64,000 nt of DNA from Chiloscyllium plagiosum (Eukaryota), in assembly GCF_004010195.1 (NCBI RefSeq), contig NC_057719.1, positions 50,457,008 through 50,521,007 on the forward strand. Direction: 5' to 3'. Positions within the stretch are counted from its first letter, which is position 1. The number at the start of each line of letters is the position of its first letter. Shown here piece by piece: positions 49,082 to 62,800 of the stretch. The translations under genes and the position numbers were made by a program. The notes below the pieces were generated by a model, which was not told where the DNA came from, did not search any database, and saw nothing but the letters and a program-made list of their open reading frames with translations.

Positions 49082-51410
49082 GAATCATAAAGTCATAGAG
49101 ATATGCAGGAACAGACCCTTCAGTCCAACTCATCCATGCCGACCAGATATCTTGGATTAATCTAGTCCCATTTGCCAACATTTACCCATATCCCTCTAAA
49201 CTCTTCCTATTCATATACCTGTCCAGATGCCTTTTAAATTTTCTAATTTTACCACTACAGTCTCCACTACTTCCTCTGGTAGCTCATTCCATACATTCAC
49301 CACCCTCTGTGTGAAAAGATTGCCCTTTAGGTCCCTTTTAAATCTTTCTCCTCTCACCTTACACCTATGCCCTCTGCTTCTGGACTCCTCCACCCTGGGG
49401 AAAAGACCTTGTCTCTACACTATCCATGTCCCTTGTGATATTATAAACCTCTAAAAGATCAGCCCCTCAGCCTCTGATGCTCAAGGAAAAATAGCCCCAG
49501 CATATTCAGCCTCCCTTTGTAGCTCAAACCCTTTTAACTTTGGCAACATCCTTGTAAGTCTTTTCAAGTTTCACAATGTCCTTCTTTTACCGTGGAGACC
49601 AGGTTTGCATGCAGTTTTCCAAAAGTGCTCGAACTAACGTCCTGTACAGCCACAACATGACCACCCAACTCCCATATGCATTGACCAATAAAGGCAAGCA
49701 CACCAAATGCCATCTTCACTATCCCATCTGCGTGTGACTCCAAGGACTCCTTTTGTTCAGCAACATTCCCTAGGACCTTGCCATTAAATGTATAAGTCCT
49801 GCCCTGATTTGCCTTACCAAAATGTAACATGTTAAATTTATCTGAATTAAACTCCATTTGCCACTCCTCGGCCCACTGGCCCATCTGATCAAGATCCTGT
49901 TGTACTCTGAGGTAACCTCCTTCGCTATCCACGACGTCTCCAGTTTTGATATCTGCAAACTTGCTAACCATACCTCCTATGTTCATAGGAGAAAGTGAGG
50001 TCTGCAGATGCTGGAGATCAGAGCTGAAAATGTGTTGCTGGAAAAGCGCAGCAGGTCAGGCAGCATCCAGGGAACAGGAGAATCGACGTTTCGGGCATAA
50101 GCCCTTCTTCAGGAATCCTGAAGAAGGGCTTATGCCCAAACGTCGATTCTCCTGTTCCTGGATGCTGCCTGACCTGCTGCGCTTTTCCAGCAACACATCT
50201 TCAGCTCTGATCTCCAGCATCTGCAGACCTTACTTTCTCCTCAAAGATTTCAACTTACTGCGAATCCTCTTACAAGGATGCCTTCCTTGAAGAAGCTCTC
50301 TTCCTCCCTCTACAAAGATTTCAGTAAATCCCTCTCTCACTGCACCCCCCAGGTCATCTCCTCTGCACAGAAGCTCTTCAGCCACATTCTCAAACAGACT
50401 CGCTACCACAGCCATATCTCCTTCCTCAGCACCTGCCTACGGAACCGACGATTCCTGAAAAAGGGCTTATGCCCGAAACGTCGATTCTCCTGTTCCCTGG
50501 ATGCTGCCTGACCTGCTGCGCTTTTCCAGCAACACATTTTCAGCTCCTATGTTCATATCAAAATAATTTATATAAATGACAAAAAGCAATGGAGCCATCA
50601 CTGATCCTTGTGGCACACCACTGATCACATGCCTCCAAGGCTGAAAAGCCTCTTGCCTTCTATCTCCGAGTCAGTATTGTATCCATATAGCTAGTTTTCC
50701 CTGTATTCCATTTGACCTAACCTTGCTAACCAGTCTACCATGATGAACCTTGTCAAGCACCGTACTGAAGTCCATATAGATCATGTCCACTGCTCTGACC
50801 TCCTCAATTCTCTTTGTTACTTGTTACCAAAAAACTCAATTAAATTAGTGCGATACAATTTCCCAAGCAGAAAGCTCAGTCCTTGCCTTTCTAAATACAT
50901 GTAAATCCTGTTGCACAGGATTTCCTCGCTGGTCTATAGTTCCCTGGCTTTTCCTTACCACCTTTCTTAAATAGTGGCACCATGTTAGTCAACCTTCAGT
51001 CTTCCAACATCTCACCTGGGGTTATTAATGGTACAAACAGCTCAGCAAGGGGCCCAGCAATCACTTGGCTCACTTCCCACAGAGTTCTCGGGTACATCTA
51101 TCAGGTCCCAGGGATTTATCTGCCTTTATGCATCTTAAGCCGTCCAGCACGTCGTCCTCTCTAATGTGGACATTTTTCAACATGTCGCTATTTATTTCCA
51201 AACGCGCTCCATCTTCCACAATAAACACTGATGCAAAATTTAGAATCTCCCCATCTCTTGCGATTCCAGCCAAAGCCATCTCATGTCCCCCTTTTGCCTT
51301 CCAATTTCCCTCTTAAGTATACTCCTATTGCCTTTATGCTCTTCTGAGGAATCATTCGATCTTTGCGGTCTATTCCTGATATGTTTCCTCCTTTTTCTTG
51401 ACCATTTTAG
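49082..51410 (-). mobile_element. CR1 LINE ORF2 to 3' end with nested Penelope insertion
   Basis: VSKFAD-KTGDVVDSE, WQMEFNSDK, KSLGPD; tail AGAATCATAAAGTCATAGAG. Confidence 0.88.
49988..50543. mobile_element. Penelope insertion: inverted pLTR + pLTR + ORF N-terminus + pLTR, 14 bp TSD
   Basis: 49988-50114 is the reverse complement of ~50116-50241; MPSLKKL...HISFLSTCLRNR at 50278-50450; TSD CTCCTATGTTCATA at 49974-49987 and 50544-50557. Confidence 0.88.
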
Positions 51411-54238
51411 TTTGAATATGTTAGTTTGAGGCACATTTCTCACTGTTGATCTGGATTATAAAATTTATTGTATTATGATGACACTTCCAAGAGTTTTCAT
51501 TATTATGGGTCTTTAATGAGTCTGATTTTAATACACATTGCCAGGTTTAAACACTAACTAGTCCCTGTTATGTTCAAGAACATACTTTTCGAAGAAACTG
51601 TTCCACATCCATTGTATGAACTCATCGTCCAGGCTACATTGCCAATACAATTTATCCAAGTAATGTAAAGTGACCTATGGTTATTGCAGTACCTATTTTG
51701 ATGAATACTTTGTGTAACTGCTGTTAGGGACCTATAATCCACTATTGCCATTTACTTAATTTCTTTGTCATTTATTATTTCCACCCAAATTGATTCCCAT
51801 CTTCAGCTTATGAAACAGCATCCTTTATCAATATTGTACTGATCTCATCCTCGATTAACAGAACTACTTAAATTCCATGAGCTTTCTTACCATCCTCTGT
51901 TGTGTCAAGCATCCTTGAATATTCATGTGTCAACCTGAGTCAGTTTGAAACCATGTCTCTGTAATAGCTGTCCTATGTTCGAGTCCTGTTACGCGCTATT
52001 AACATTTAAAGAAAAATCTGAAGATGTTATTATTAACTGACAGATTTCATGCTTTAAAACAAAACAAACTGTATTGTACATAAGAGAAGTTAAACAAAGT
52101 GAACACCACTGAATTAACACTGTAGCTTTTAATAACTTGTGTTATAAACTCAATTCTACTTGTTATTTACCCCGAAGTATTCACTTATGTTTTGAAATCT
52201 TGAAATTTCTGTAGTTTCTTTTAAGGACCAGCCCAAAAATATATTGCAGTTGTCTGGAATTTACTTGTTGTCTTCAGCATGCCACCTTTCTCATAGTACG
52301 CAATGTGTGAGGATCCATCCTTTGGCTAAACGATCCTCTTGATAGACCTCAGAATTGTGGATTAGTCAGCTCTTTGTCATAACGTTTTAGGTATGCATAG
52401 ACTGCTTTTTCTTGTCTGTCCCCACAGCCTCCATGCAGTCCTTTACATGCTCACGATTTTAGCTGATTGATTAATGCCACATGACTGTGACAACTACTAC
52501 AGATTATTTCCTACATCTTCAAATGAGCAAATATTTCAGCTTCTTTACTTGTCATGAATTTCAAACTGAGCTCATCACACACATTTGATGTTATGTTTGT
52601 GTTTTCTCTGCTTACTTGACAAACATTAAAATTAATTTCCTTTGGCTCTCCCCAATCAGTAAATCTATCAAAAAGCCTGCTTGAAACCAAATCTGTAACT
52701 ACCTCTATCTGACCCCACACTGAACCGCTTGCCTCTGTCAGCAAACCAATAGAGATAAATTAAATAGCAGAGCCTTCTAACATAAAGTTCCATCTTGAAT
52801 TGCTATCTCCAATAGCATCACTTACATGTCTTAAGCATCAATGTAAATTAATTATTTTAAATTCAACACAACTCTTTGATTCTGTAACTCATATGAATAA
52901 CTTCCGTTTTTAATCAATGTAATTGGCCTTTTTTCCCAAACTTGTTTGTTCAGTTCCAAGGTTAACGATGGATCATTCATTATTTTTATCACTCTCAACT
53001 CTGACTATACAAAATAAACACAAGGCCATCTATAAATATTACAAACCCAAACTTTAAATTAGAGTTATATTTGTATTCTAGTTGTTTTTACTACTTTCTC
53101 CACTAGATGACCCCATTTTCTACACTTAAGACTATAATTCCTGTTAGTTGTCATGAAACACATGAAATAATATGTAGCACATATTATGCTCATTTATATT
53201 TGTGCTATTAGTCATTCATTTCATGAGTGTTGAGAGTATTTTAGGAGCAAAAGAGAAGCCTTTAGTTCTGATGCTATATTGTCAAATGTTTTGGCCTTTT
53301 GAATCCAATGCACTAATTTCTTCAGTCTGCCCCTTCCTGATACACTCTGGCTATTATTAGATGTATCATTTCTCTGCAGTACTGCCTTGTCCTTTGCCTT
53401 GAACTTTGCAAGTCTCCCCTCATGTGAATCCTAATCACTCACCCCTACCATTCAGCTGAAAGCCCTCAACAACTCTTGTACAATTTCCCAAGTGCGTTTC
53501 ACGTGAAAGCTGTCGGAGTGGCGCAGCTCCCTCTTAAAACTGTACTGGTATCAGCGCTGCAAAGAAATGAAACACATTTTTCCAGTGCCAATCTTTGAAC
53601 CAGATATTCAACTCTCTGATCTCAGTTACCCTCTGCCAATTTTTTTTTATTGTTCTGATAATATTCTGTAAATTATTACCTTTGTGGCTTTGCTTTCCAA
53701 TTTGGCACCAAGCTGCTTATAGTTCCTTCACCTCTTTCTTAGTCCTACTTATGGACCACAGAAACTGAACCCTTCTCCTCTGCAAGTTCTTATTTGACCT
53801 CGAGGCAATGTCCTTAATCCGAGCACTAGGCAGGCCATAGAACCTTTGCAACTGATGTCCTTGGCAGCAGAAAATCATATCTATTTCCCTAACTATCGAT
53901 ATTACATTTTTAGATTTTAGATTTTCTTGTCACGTACTCAAGTATAGGAGTGCAGGAAAAATTATATAATGTCACCACACATGGTGCCATCTTAGGTACC
54001 AAGGTACTGAGGAACAAAAAACATACTTAGGTATGAATTAGTAAGAGAGACGAGAGTTAAAAGTTAAGCATTACTTCATAGAGTAGTGAAGAACTAAAGA
54101 AATTGATACTAGTTTACATTAAAGTCTTTCCTAATTTAAACTAGAGGAGAAAGTGAGGTCTGCAGATGCTGGAGATCAAAGTTGAAACTTTATTGCTGGA
54201 ACAGCACAGCAGGTCAGGCAGCATCCAGGGAACAGGAG

Positions 54239-54274
54239 ATTCGACGTTTCGGGCACAGGCCCTTCTTCAGGAAT
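54239..54274 (-). ncRNA. Minimal type I hammerhead ribozyme in a Penelope pLTR (~54146-54275)
   Basis: Reverse complement ATTC-CTGAAGA-A-GGGC-CTGT-GCCC-GAAA-CGTC^GAAT: intact core, helix II GGGC/GCCC, helix I ATTC/GAAT, palindromic ACGT helix III. Confidence 0.8.
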
Positions 54275-54369
54275 TCCTTTATTTTCCGAGTATGAACTAT
54301 GAAATGTAACGTATTACCTATTTCTTTTTTTTTCACTATGCTATGAAGTAATGCTTAATTACTTTACAG

Positions 54370-55280
54370 TCACTATGAAGTTACTATCCAGTCCAAAAAC
54401 AACACTCCGTCTCCCGCTGTTAAACCAATTTTGTATCCAGTTGTCAGGCTTACCAAATCCCATCTGATCTAACTTTACTGATTAGTCAATTATACAGAAC
54501 CTTGTCCAAGTCTTGAATAAAGTCCAAGTAAACAATGTTTACCACTCTGCCTTCAATCTTCTTGATTCTTCGGAGGGTTGGTGTGGACTTGTTGGGCCGA
54601 AGGACCTGTTTCCACACTGTAGGGAATCTAATCTAATCTAATTACTTCCTCAAAAAAACTCAATCAAGTTTGTGGTACATGATTTCCCTTGCACAAAATC
54701 ATGGTGACTATCCCTAACCATTCCTTGCCTCTCCAAATGCATATAAATCTTATCTTTCAGAATACCCTCCAATAACTTATCCAACATCGCAGTCAGACTC
54801 AAGGGTCCATAGATCCCAGGTTTCTCCTTACATCCCTTCCTAAAGAACGGCTCAACCCTTAGCCACCTCTCCAGTCATCTGGCACCTCACCCTTATTTAT
54901 AAAGCGTACAAATATTTCTGCAAGGACCCCCACAATTTCCTCTCTAATTTCCTACAACGTCCCAGGATACACTAAATCATGTCTTGGAGATTTATCCACT
55001 TTTATATTTTCTAAGGCATCCAGCACTTTCTCTTCTATAATGTGAACTGTTTTCAAATTCTTGCATTCTTGAGCCTCCATTTCTTTCTTCACAGTTAAAA
55101 CTGCTTGAAATATTCATTTAATATATCTCCCAGCTCCTGCGGTTCAATGCAAAGTTGACCTTGTTTATCTTTAAGGGGCCCTACTGTCTCTTGAGTTGCG
55201 CTCTCTTGCTCTGAATGTACTGTATAATCTCTTTGGATCATCCTTCCCCTTAACCTTAATTCTTCGCCCTTCCAGCCTCC
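54370..55280 (-). mobile_element. Old CR1 ORF2 fragment with HE1 3' piece (~54575-54640, +)
   Basis: VGPLKDKQGQLCIEPQELGDILNEYF; SHHDFVQGKSCTTNL-like motif. Confidence 0.75.
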
Positions 55281-55382
55281 ATGTCCATCTTGCACCGAAA
55301 TTGTGTTTTATCAAAAAAAAAATTGACATTTTTGATGCAAATTTGTTTTACAGTTTGTTTGTTTGTATTTTGTTACATTTAG

Positions 55383-55619
55383 GCTCAGAGTGACCTTGAT
55401 GTTAAACTTTCTACTGTGGCTGATTTGGGGACTAAACTCCAGGAAATGGATCAGCAGATGAAGCAAGTTGTAGAGCAGCAAGCAAAGGTTCGGGCTCAGG
55501 ATTCAGGCTCTAAGGAACCACAAGAAAGAGTCCGAGAACTGGAGACACAGTTGAATACACTCTTGAATCAACGACTCTGCCATTTGGAGAAATTTCAAGA
55601 ACAGCAACTTGAACTTCAG
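55383..55619 (+). CDS. KIAA0586: KIAA0586 coding exon (phase 0 to 0), coiled coil
   Basis: AQSDLDVKLSTVADLGTKLQEMD...QRLCHLEKFQEQQLELQ resembles recalled human [23 protein letters not shown]...HLEKLQQQQIDIQ; TTTAG|G, CAG|GTATAC. Confidence 0.95.
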
Positions 55620-56169
55620 GTATACCTCCATGCCAATTGAGAAAAGAAGTTTAAATTATTTTAGATTAGTTTAATTTTTATGTGCTCACGCATAATATCA
55701 CAGTTCATATTATTATTAGACAGGTCCGTTTCCAGACTGAAAACTGGTTTGATAGATCATATTTTAATTATTTTTGTTTTTTACGAGGTGATTCCCCCAG
55801 TGAAAACTCAGCATTTAATGTTACAAATTTTAACAATAAAATGAAAGTGTTTTATGTAAAATTAATTAAGATAAACTAAAATAAATCAAAGTATTTACAT
55901 GCAACACTTATTTGAAGAATTTTAAACACCTGATATAATACAAACCTAAATAGACTTGTTAATAGCACTTGCACTAATGAACGGTCCCATCTATTTCACA
56001 TCTGTAGGGCTTAATTTAACTGTAGCTTCAATGCCCTGTTTAGAGTATCTGATACCCTCTTCCTGGTGCCTCCACACAACTGACCTTAGACATTCTCCGT
56101 TTCAAACATTCCTTCAGAATTTTAATCAAACACTTCTTGACTGCAACTTTCAAAGTTATCTTCTTATCC

Positions 56170-58132
56170 TGGAAACTGACCCTTCGGTCAAACTTGTCCA
56201 CGCCGACCAGATATCCCAACCCAATCTCGTCCCACCTGCCAGCACCTGGCCCATATCCCTCCAAACGCTTCCTATCCATATACCCATTCAGATGCAGTTT
56301 AAACATTGCAATTGTACCAGCCTCCACCACTTCCTCTGGCAGCTCATTCCATACATGTACCACCCTCTGAGTGAAAACGTTGCCCGTTAAGTCTCTTTTA
56401 TATCTTTCCCCTCTCACCCGAAACCTATGCCCTCTAGTTCTGGATTCTCCCACACCAGGGAAAAGGCATTGTCTAGATTTCAGATTACGAGAGTCCAGCC
56501 ACCCCAGTGAAAAGATTTTGTCTATTTATCCTATCCATGCCTCTCATGATTTTATAAGGTCACCCCTCAGCCTCTGACACTCCAGGAAAAACAGCCCTAG
56601 CCTGGATTAGATTAGATTCCCTACAGTGTGGAAACTGGCCCTTCGGCGCAACAATCCACAGTGACCCTCCGAAGAGCAAACCACCCAAACCCATTTCCCT
56701 CTGACTAATGCACCTAACACTATGGGCAATTTAGCATGGCCAATTCACCTGATCTGCACATCTTTGGACTGTGGGAGGAAACTGGAGCACCCGGAGAAAA
56801 CCCGCGCAGACACAGTGAGAATATGAAAACTCCACACAGACAGTTGCCCGAGGCTGGAATCGAACCTGGGTCCCTGGTGCTGTGAGATAGCAGTGCTAAC
56901 CACTGAGCCTATTCAATCTCTCGCTATTGCTCAAATCCTCCAACCCTGGCAACATCTTTGTAAATCTTTTCTGAACCCTTTCAAGTTTCACAACATCTTT
57001 CCGTTAGGAAGGAGACCAGATTTGCATGCAATATTTTAACACTGGCCGAACCAATGTTCTGCAGCTGCAACATGACTTCCCAACTCCTGTACTCAATACT
57101 CTGACCAATATCCTGTCTGCCCGTGACTCCACTTTCAAGGAGCTATGAACCTGTAGTCCAAGGTCTCTCTGTTCAGCAACACTCCCTACGACCTTACCAT
57201 TACCTACTAAGATTTGCTTTCCCAAAATGCAGCACCTCACATTTATCTCAATTAAACTTCATCTGCCATTTCTCAGCCCAGTGGCCCATCTGATCAAGAT
57301 CCCCGTTGTAATCTGAGGTTACCTTCTTTACTGTCCACTACACTTCCAATTTTGGTGTCATCAGCAAACTTAATAACTACACCTCTTATGCTCACATCCA
57401 AATCATTTATATGAATGATGAAAAGTAGTGACCCAGCACCGATCTTTGCGGCACTCCACTGGTCACAGGCCTCCAGTCTGGAAAAAAACCCCTCTTTCAC
57501 CACCCTCTGTCTTCTACCTTTTGAGCCAGTTCTGTATCCAAATGGTGGGTTCTCCCTGTATTCTTGAGATCTAACCTTGCTAACCACTCTCCTATGGGGA
57601 ACCTTGTCGAACGTCCTACTGAAGTCCATATAGGTCACATCTACCTCTCTGCCCTCATCAATCCTGTTTGTTACTTCTTCAAAAAACTGAATCAAGTTTG
57701 TGAGACATTATTTTCCACGCACAAAGCCATGTTGACTATCCGTAATCAGTCCTTGCCTTTCCAAATGCATGTACATCCTGTCCCTCAGGATTCCCTCCAA
57801 CAACTTGCCCACCACCGAGGTCAGGCTCAATGGTCTATACTTCTCTGGCTTGTCCTTACCACCCTTCTTAAACAGTAGCACTACGTTATTCAACCTCCAG
57901 TTTTCCGGCACCTCACCTGTGACTATAGATGATACAAATATCTCAGTAAAAGTCCCAGCAATCACTTCCCTAGCTTCCCACAAAGGTCCAGCGTACACCT
58001 GATTAGGTCTTGGGGATTTAATCACTTTTATGTGTTAAAAACATCTAGCACTTCCTCCTCTGTAATATGTACATTTTTTCAAGATGTCACCATCTATTTC
58101 CCTACATTCTATACCTGCCATGTCCTTTTCCC
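56170..58132 (-). mobile_element. CR1 LINE RT to 3' end with nested HE1 SINE (56605-56908, -)
   Basis: YRPLSLTSVVGKLLEGILRD, DVTYMDFSRTFDKVPH, KFADDTKIGSVVD. Confidence 0.9.
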
Positions 58133-58139
58133 CAGACTA

Positions 58140-58735
58140 TGGAAAAGTCTGTTAAAGTGGGTGATATCATTTCCGGTTCTTTGTCTCAGAGGTTGGTAAA
58201 TGGGGTTCAAACCGATGTTTATCGATGGAGTTTTTGTTTGAATGCCATTCCTCTAGGAATTCCCGTGCGTGTTTCTGTTTTCCTGTCCTTGGATGGATGT
58301 GTTGTCTCCGTCAAAGTGGTTCCTTCCTCGTCTGTATGTAAGAATACCAGTGATAGTTAGTCATGTCTTTTGGTGGCTCGTTTTCTGCCTGTCAGTCCAA
58401 TGTCCACTATCACTAGTATCCATGCATACAGACTAAGCAGGACAACACATCCATCCTAGGACAGGCTAACCAGAGACACGCACAGGAATTCCTAGAGGTC
58501 TGGCTTTCCATCAATGAACACATCAATTTGGACCCCATTTACCAACCTCTGAAAAAAAGAACCGCACTTTAACAGACCAAGACAGACAAATAGTAAGCGG
58601 GAAAGAACACCAGCGCTTAACTGGAGGCTCAATGATGATGTTACCTAGTATGGTGACAAAACATTTGAAAAGAAACCTTCCATCGCAGTGAGCAAACTTA
58701 CAACCTGATCCACAAATCTTCTCAAAAATCACAAA
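58140..58735. mobile_element. Older Penelope fold-back with degenerate hammerhead (~58632-58662)
   Basis: GTATGTAAGAATACCAGTGATAGT (~58334-58357) mirrored by ACTATCACTAGTATCCATGCATAC (~58406-58429); tail CACAAATCTTCTCAAAA. Confidence 0.7.
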
Positions 58736-59750
58736 CACATTCAGTAGTGTTTACCATTGCTGAATCCTCACTGTCAACATACTTGGGGTTATCATCGACC
58801 AGAAACTCATATAAATACCAGGTCGACAACAGCAACTCAGTGGTTAGGAATACCACAGTGAATAGCTCCCATCTAACTCCCCAGAGTCTTTCAAGCACAA
58901 GTCAATATTGTGCTGAAATACTCCCCACCTGCCTGGATTGGTATAGCTCCAACAACACTCAAGAAGCTTGACACCGTCCAGGACAAAGCCTGCTTGATTG
59001 GTACCATGTTGTATATTTTGTTTAAACCCGAAGCAGTAAGTACAGTACATATTCACCGGAAAGACACTGGACTTGAATAAGGCAGAAGCTTGCTTTCAGA
59101 GAGCACTTTCTGTGAGTGAAATTTCCCAAGTTTCTTTGCATCCTACGTGTATAAAGTGTATAGCCATTGTGGTAGAAAATACAGCAGTCTATTTATGCAA
59201 GACAAGGCAATAGCAGTGCAATAATAACCAGGTTATTTGGTTTTCTAATTAATATTGGTTGAGTGATAAGTACTATCCAGGACTTTGCAGAGCAAAACCC
59301 CTGCTGTTCTGAATGGTGCCATAGGATCTTTAATACAAACTTGTTAAAAGGAGCCTTGCTTTAAGATCTCATCTAAAAACTGCAGCATTCCCTCAGTGCC
59401 CTACTGGATGTCAGTTTAATTTTTGTGCTCACATCTGTGAAGCGAGTAATGGAATAGGTTTGAGGATTGCATGCTGTATTCTCCTGTAATCTGATTTAAC
59501 AGCTTGAACACCATCAGGATGGGCCACTGGGAGGTAAAATCGTCATTTTGAGCACTATTCCAACTCCTGACATAACTGCCGTTATTTTGGTGCTTTCACA
59601 TGGTTTGGAAAGGCATCCAAGTGTTGTAGGCAGGAACCTGCATGGAATGTATTAACCCAAGGCGAGAAAGGCCATAAGATGTAGGAGCAGCTGTAGGCCA
59701 TTCAGCCCACAGAGTTTAGGGTATGGGTTTGCTTGCTGAGCTGTAGGTTT

Positions 59751-59800
59751 GATATCCAGACGTTTCATTACCTGGCTAGGTAACATCATCAGTGGCGACC
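59751..59800 (-). ncRNA. Type I hammerhead ribozyme (mirror copy)
   Basis: Reverse complement of the 60951-61000 motif with identical core. Confidence 0.85.
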
Positions 59801-60950
59801 TCCAAGTGAAGCAAAGCTGTTGTCTCCTGCTTTCTATTTATATGTTTGTCCTGGATGGGGTTCCTGGGGTTTGTGGTGATGTCATTTCCTGTTCATTTTC
59901 TGAGGGGTTGATAGATGGCATCTAGATCTATGTGTTTGTTTATGGAGTTGTGGTTGGAGTGCCAGGCCTCTAGGAATTCTCTGACATGTCTTTGCTTAGC
60001 CAGGATAGATGTGTTGTCCCAGTCGAAAAGGTGGTTTTTTTCCTCAGTGTGTAGGGCTACGAGGGAAAGAGGGTCGTGTCTTTTTGTGGCTAGCTGGTGT
60101 TTGTGTATCCTGGTGGCTAACTTTCTTCCTGTTTGTCCAACAGTGTTTGTGGCAGTCCTTGCATGGAATTTTGTAGATGACGTTGGTTTTGTCCATGGTT
60201 GTACTGGGTCTTTAAGTTTGTTAGCTTTTGTTTGAGAGTGTTGGTGGGTTTGTGTGCTACTAGGATTCAGAGGGGTCTTGCTAGTCTGGCTGTCACTTCT
60301 GAAACTTCTTTGATGTGTGGTAAGGTGGTTAGGGTTTCTGGCCGTGTTTGGTCTGCTTGTCGTGGTTTGTTCTTGAGGAATCTGCGCACTGTGTTATTTG
60401 AGTATCCGTTCTTCTTGAATACGTTGTATAGGTGGTTCTCCTCTGTTTTCCGAAGTTAGCTACAAACCTTGCAAAAACCTATGGGCGCAACACGCTACAA
60501 CTTGCCCGAAGATGGGAAAGGAATGCCATCCGAGAGAGTTCCACCCGCGAACAACTGTACTTCCTGCGTGAATGTTTAAGAAACAAGGTACTGCCAAAAT
60601 GTCTCCAATATAAGCAGGAAGAAAGTTAGCCACCAGGATACACGAACACCAGCTAGCCACAAAAAGACACGACCCTCTCTCCCTCGTAGCTCTACATACA
60701 GATGAAAAAATCCACCATTTCGACTGGGACAACACATCTATCCTGGGACAGGCTAAGCAAAGACATGTCAGAGAATTCCTAGAGGCCTGGCACTCCAACC
60801 ACAACGTCATAAACAAACGCATAGATCTAGATGCCATCTATCAACCCCTCAGAAAACGAACAGGAAATGACATCACCACAAACCCCAGGAACCCCATCCA
60901 GGAGAAAGTATAAATAGAAAGCAGGAGACAACAGCTTCGCTTCACTTGGA

Positions 60951-61000
60951 GATCGCCACTGATGATGTTACCTAGCCAGGTAATGAAACGTCTGGATATC
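60951..61000 (+). ncRNA. Type I hammerhead ribozyme (intact core)
   Basis: GATCGCCA-CTGATGA-T-GTTACCT-AGCC-AGGTAAT-GAAA-CGTC^TGGATATC; helix I CCA/TGG, 7 bp helix II. Confidence 0.85.
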
Positions 61001-61068
61001 AAACCTACAGCTCAGCGAGCAAACCTACACCCTAAACCTCAACCTGAGCTCAAACCTCCACAGAGTTT

Positions 61069-62800
61069 GCTCTGCCGTTCAGTGAGATCAAATTCTCAAC
61101 TTGACTTTCATACCTTTACCCTGTAACCCTAGATTGCCTTAATAATTAAAAATCTGTCTATCTTAGCCTTGAATATACCTAACGATACAGCATTGACAGC
61201 CTCTGTGGTAAAGAATTCCACAGATTCTATACACTCAGAGTAGAAATTGCTCTTCATCGTTGCCTTAAGTATACAACCCCTTAATTTGAGATATTGCCTC
61301 TCGTCAGAAACTCTCCCATAAGGGGGAATGACATACCGACATCTATCCAGTGAAATCCCAGAAGAATCTTGTACATTTCAATCAAGCTGCTTCATTCTTC
61401 TGTACTCCAGCAAGTACGGGCCCAATCTACTCAACCTCTCCTCATAAAATCCCTCCATATCTTGGACCAGCCTTCTCTGGACTGACTGATGCATGTATAT
61501 CTTTGCTTTGAACTAAAACTGTTCATAGTATTTCAGCCCTAGTCTGACTAGTACAATCACGATGGCATAGTCTCAGAATAAAAAGGTGTCAATTTAAGAT
61601 TGAGATGAGGTGGAATTCTTCTCTGAGTGCTGTAAGGCTTTGGAATGGGCTATAGAGTTCCTGTGTATATTTAAGGCTGAGATGTATTCTTGATCAGCTG
61701 GGGAATTGAGGGTTATGGGGCAAAGGTAGTGAAGTGGATGTGAGGAATGTCACATCAATCATGATTCTATTGAATGGCAGAGCAGGCTTGAGGGGCTATT
61801 CCAGTTTCCATTTCTTATGGCCCTTGGTCTTACCTATATTTTTAGAAAAACGTCCTGACTCTTTTATTCCATTCTCTTGAAATAAAGACCATCATTCCAT
61901 TGCCTTCCTTATTATCTGCTAACCTGGGGTGCTGGCTCTTTGTGATCCATGAGTAAGGACTCAAATTCTTCTGTTCTGTAGCTTTCTGCAGTCTTTTCCA
62001 TTTCACTAATATTCAACTTTTCTACCCTTCATGCCAAAGTGCAACTGTTTCCAGAATCTTAAGGATTCCTGTCATAACCAGTGTATCCACTATCTCTTTA
62101 GCTGCTGCTTTTAATATCTTAGGATACATCCCATTAAGTCCAGGGGACTTATTGGTCTTTAGCCTCATTACTTTCTCATGTAATGTTTCTCTCATGGTAG
62201 TCACAGTATTTATTTCCTCTTCTCTGCAATTTTGGAATGGTGTTAGCGTCTACAGTGAAGACTGATACAACATATTTATTTAACTTCTCTGCCATTTCCT
62301 GGTTCTCCATTATTATTTTCACAACTTTTTTCTCTAAGGGACTGATGTTCACATTGGCTTTTCTCTTGCTTTCCATGTATCTTAAAGAAACTTGTGCTAT
62401 ATGTCTTGTTATTACTTGCGAGTTTACCCTCAATGTTAATCTTGTTGCTTTTTCTTTGTTTGTTTTTAAAACTTTCCCAATCCTGGCTTGCATTAGTCTT
62501 TACCATATTGCATGTTTTCTTTCAATCTGATGTTATCTGTAACTTTCCTGGTTAGCTGTGGGTGGCTTATACCTTTGCTAGAAATCCTCCTTCCTTATTG
62601 GAGCATGCCTTTGTTGTGAGCCAGTCACTATTTTGTTAAATGTCAGCCATAGCTCCTCAATAGTCTTTGCTGCTAAACCTCTTCCCCAGTCCACTTCAGC
62701 TAGCTTACTCTCATTACTTTGTAATTAGCCTTGTTTAAACTTAGCGTAGCTGTTTTCAATCTAAATTCTTTGCTCTCCAACTGTATAGCTACTGTTGAGG
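61069..62800 (-). mobile_element. Old CR1 fragments (mostly minus; short plus-strand 3' piece ~61555-61830)
   Basis: LKTNKSPGLNGMYPKILK, ENQEMAEKLNKYVVSVFTV. Confidence 0.7.

Larger units (their letters stand above)
59718..61057. mobile_element. Penelope-like fold-back insertion, ~420 bp arms, 11 bp TSD
   Basis: 59718-60131 is the reverse complement of ~60614-61033; spacer holds an RT/EN-linker piece (-) and ORF N-terminus (+, RNTLQLARRWE...FLRECLRNKVLPK); TSD CCACAGAGTTT at 59707-59717 and 61058-61068. Confidence 0.9.

Noticed and set aside
51987..53160. Possible solo LTR (TGTTAC...AAACA), similarly ~31660-32240
   Set aside because: LTR-like start and composition but no clear TSD or matching partner, so boundaries cannot be supported.
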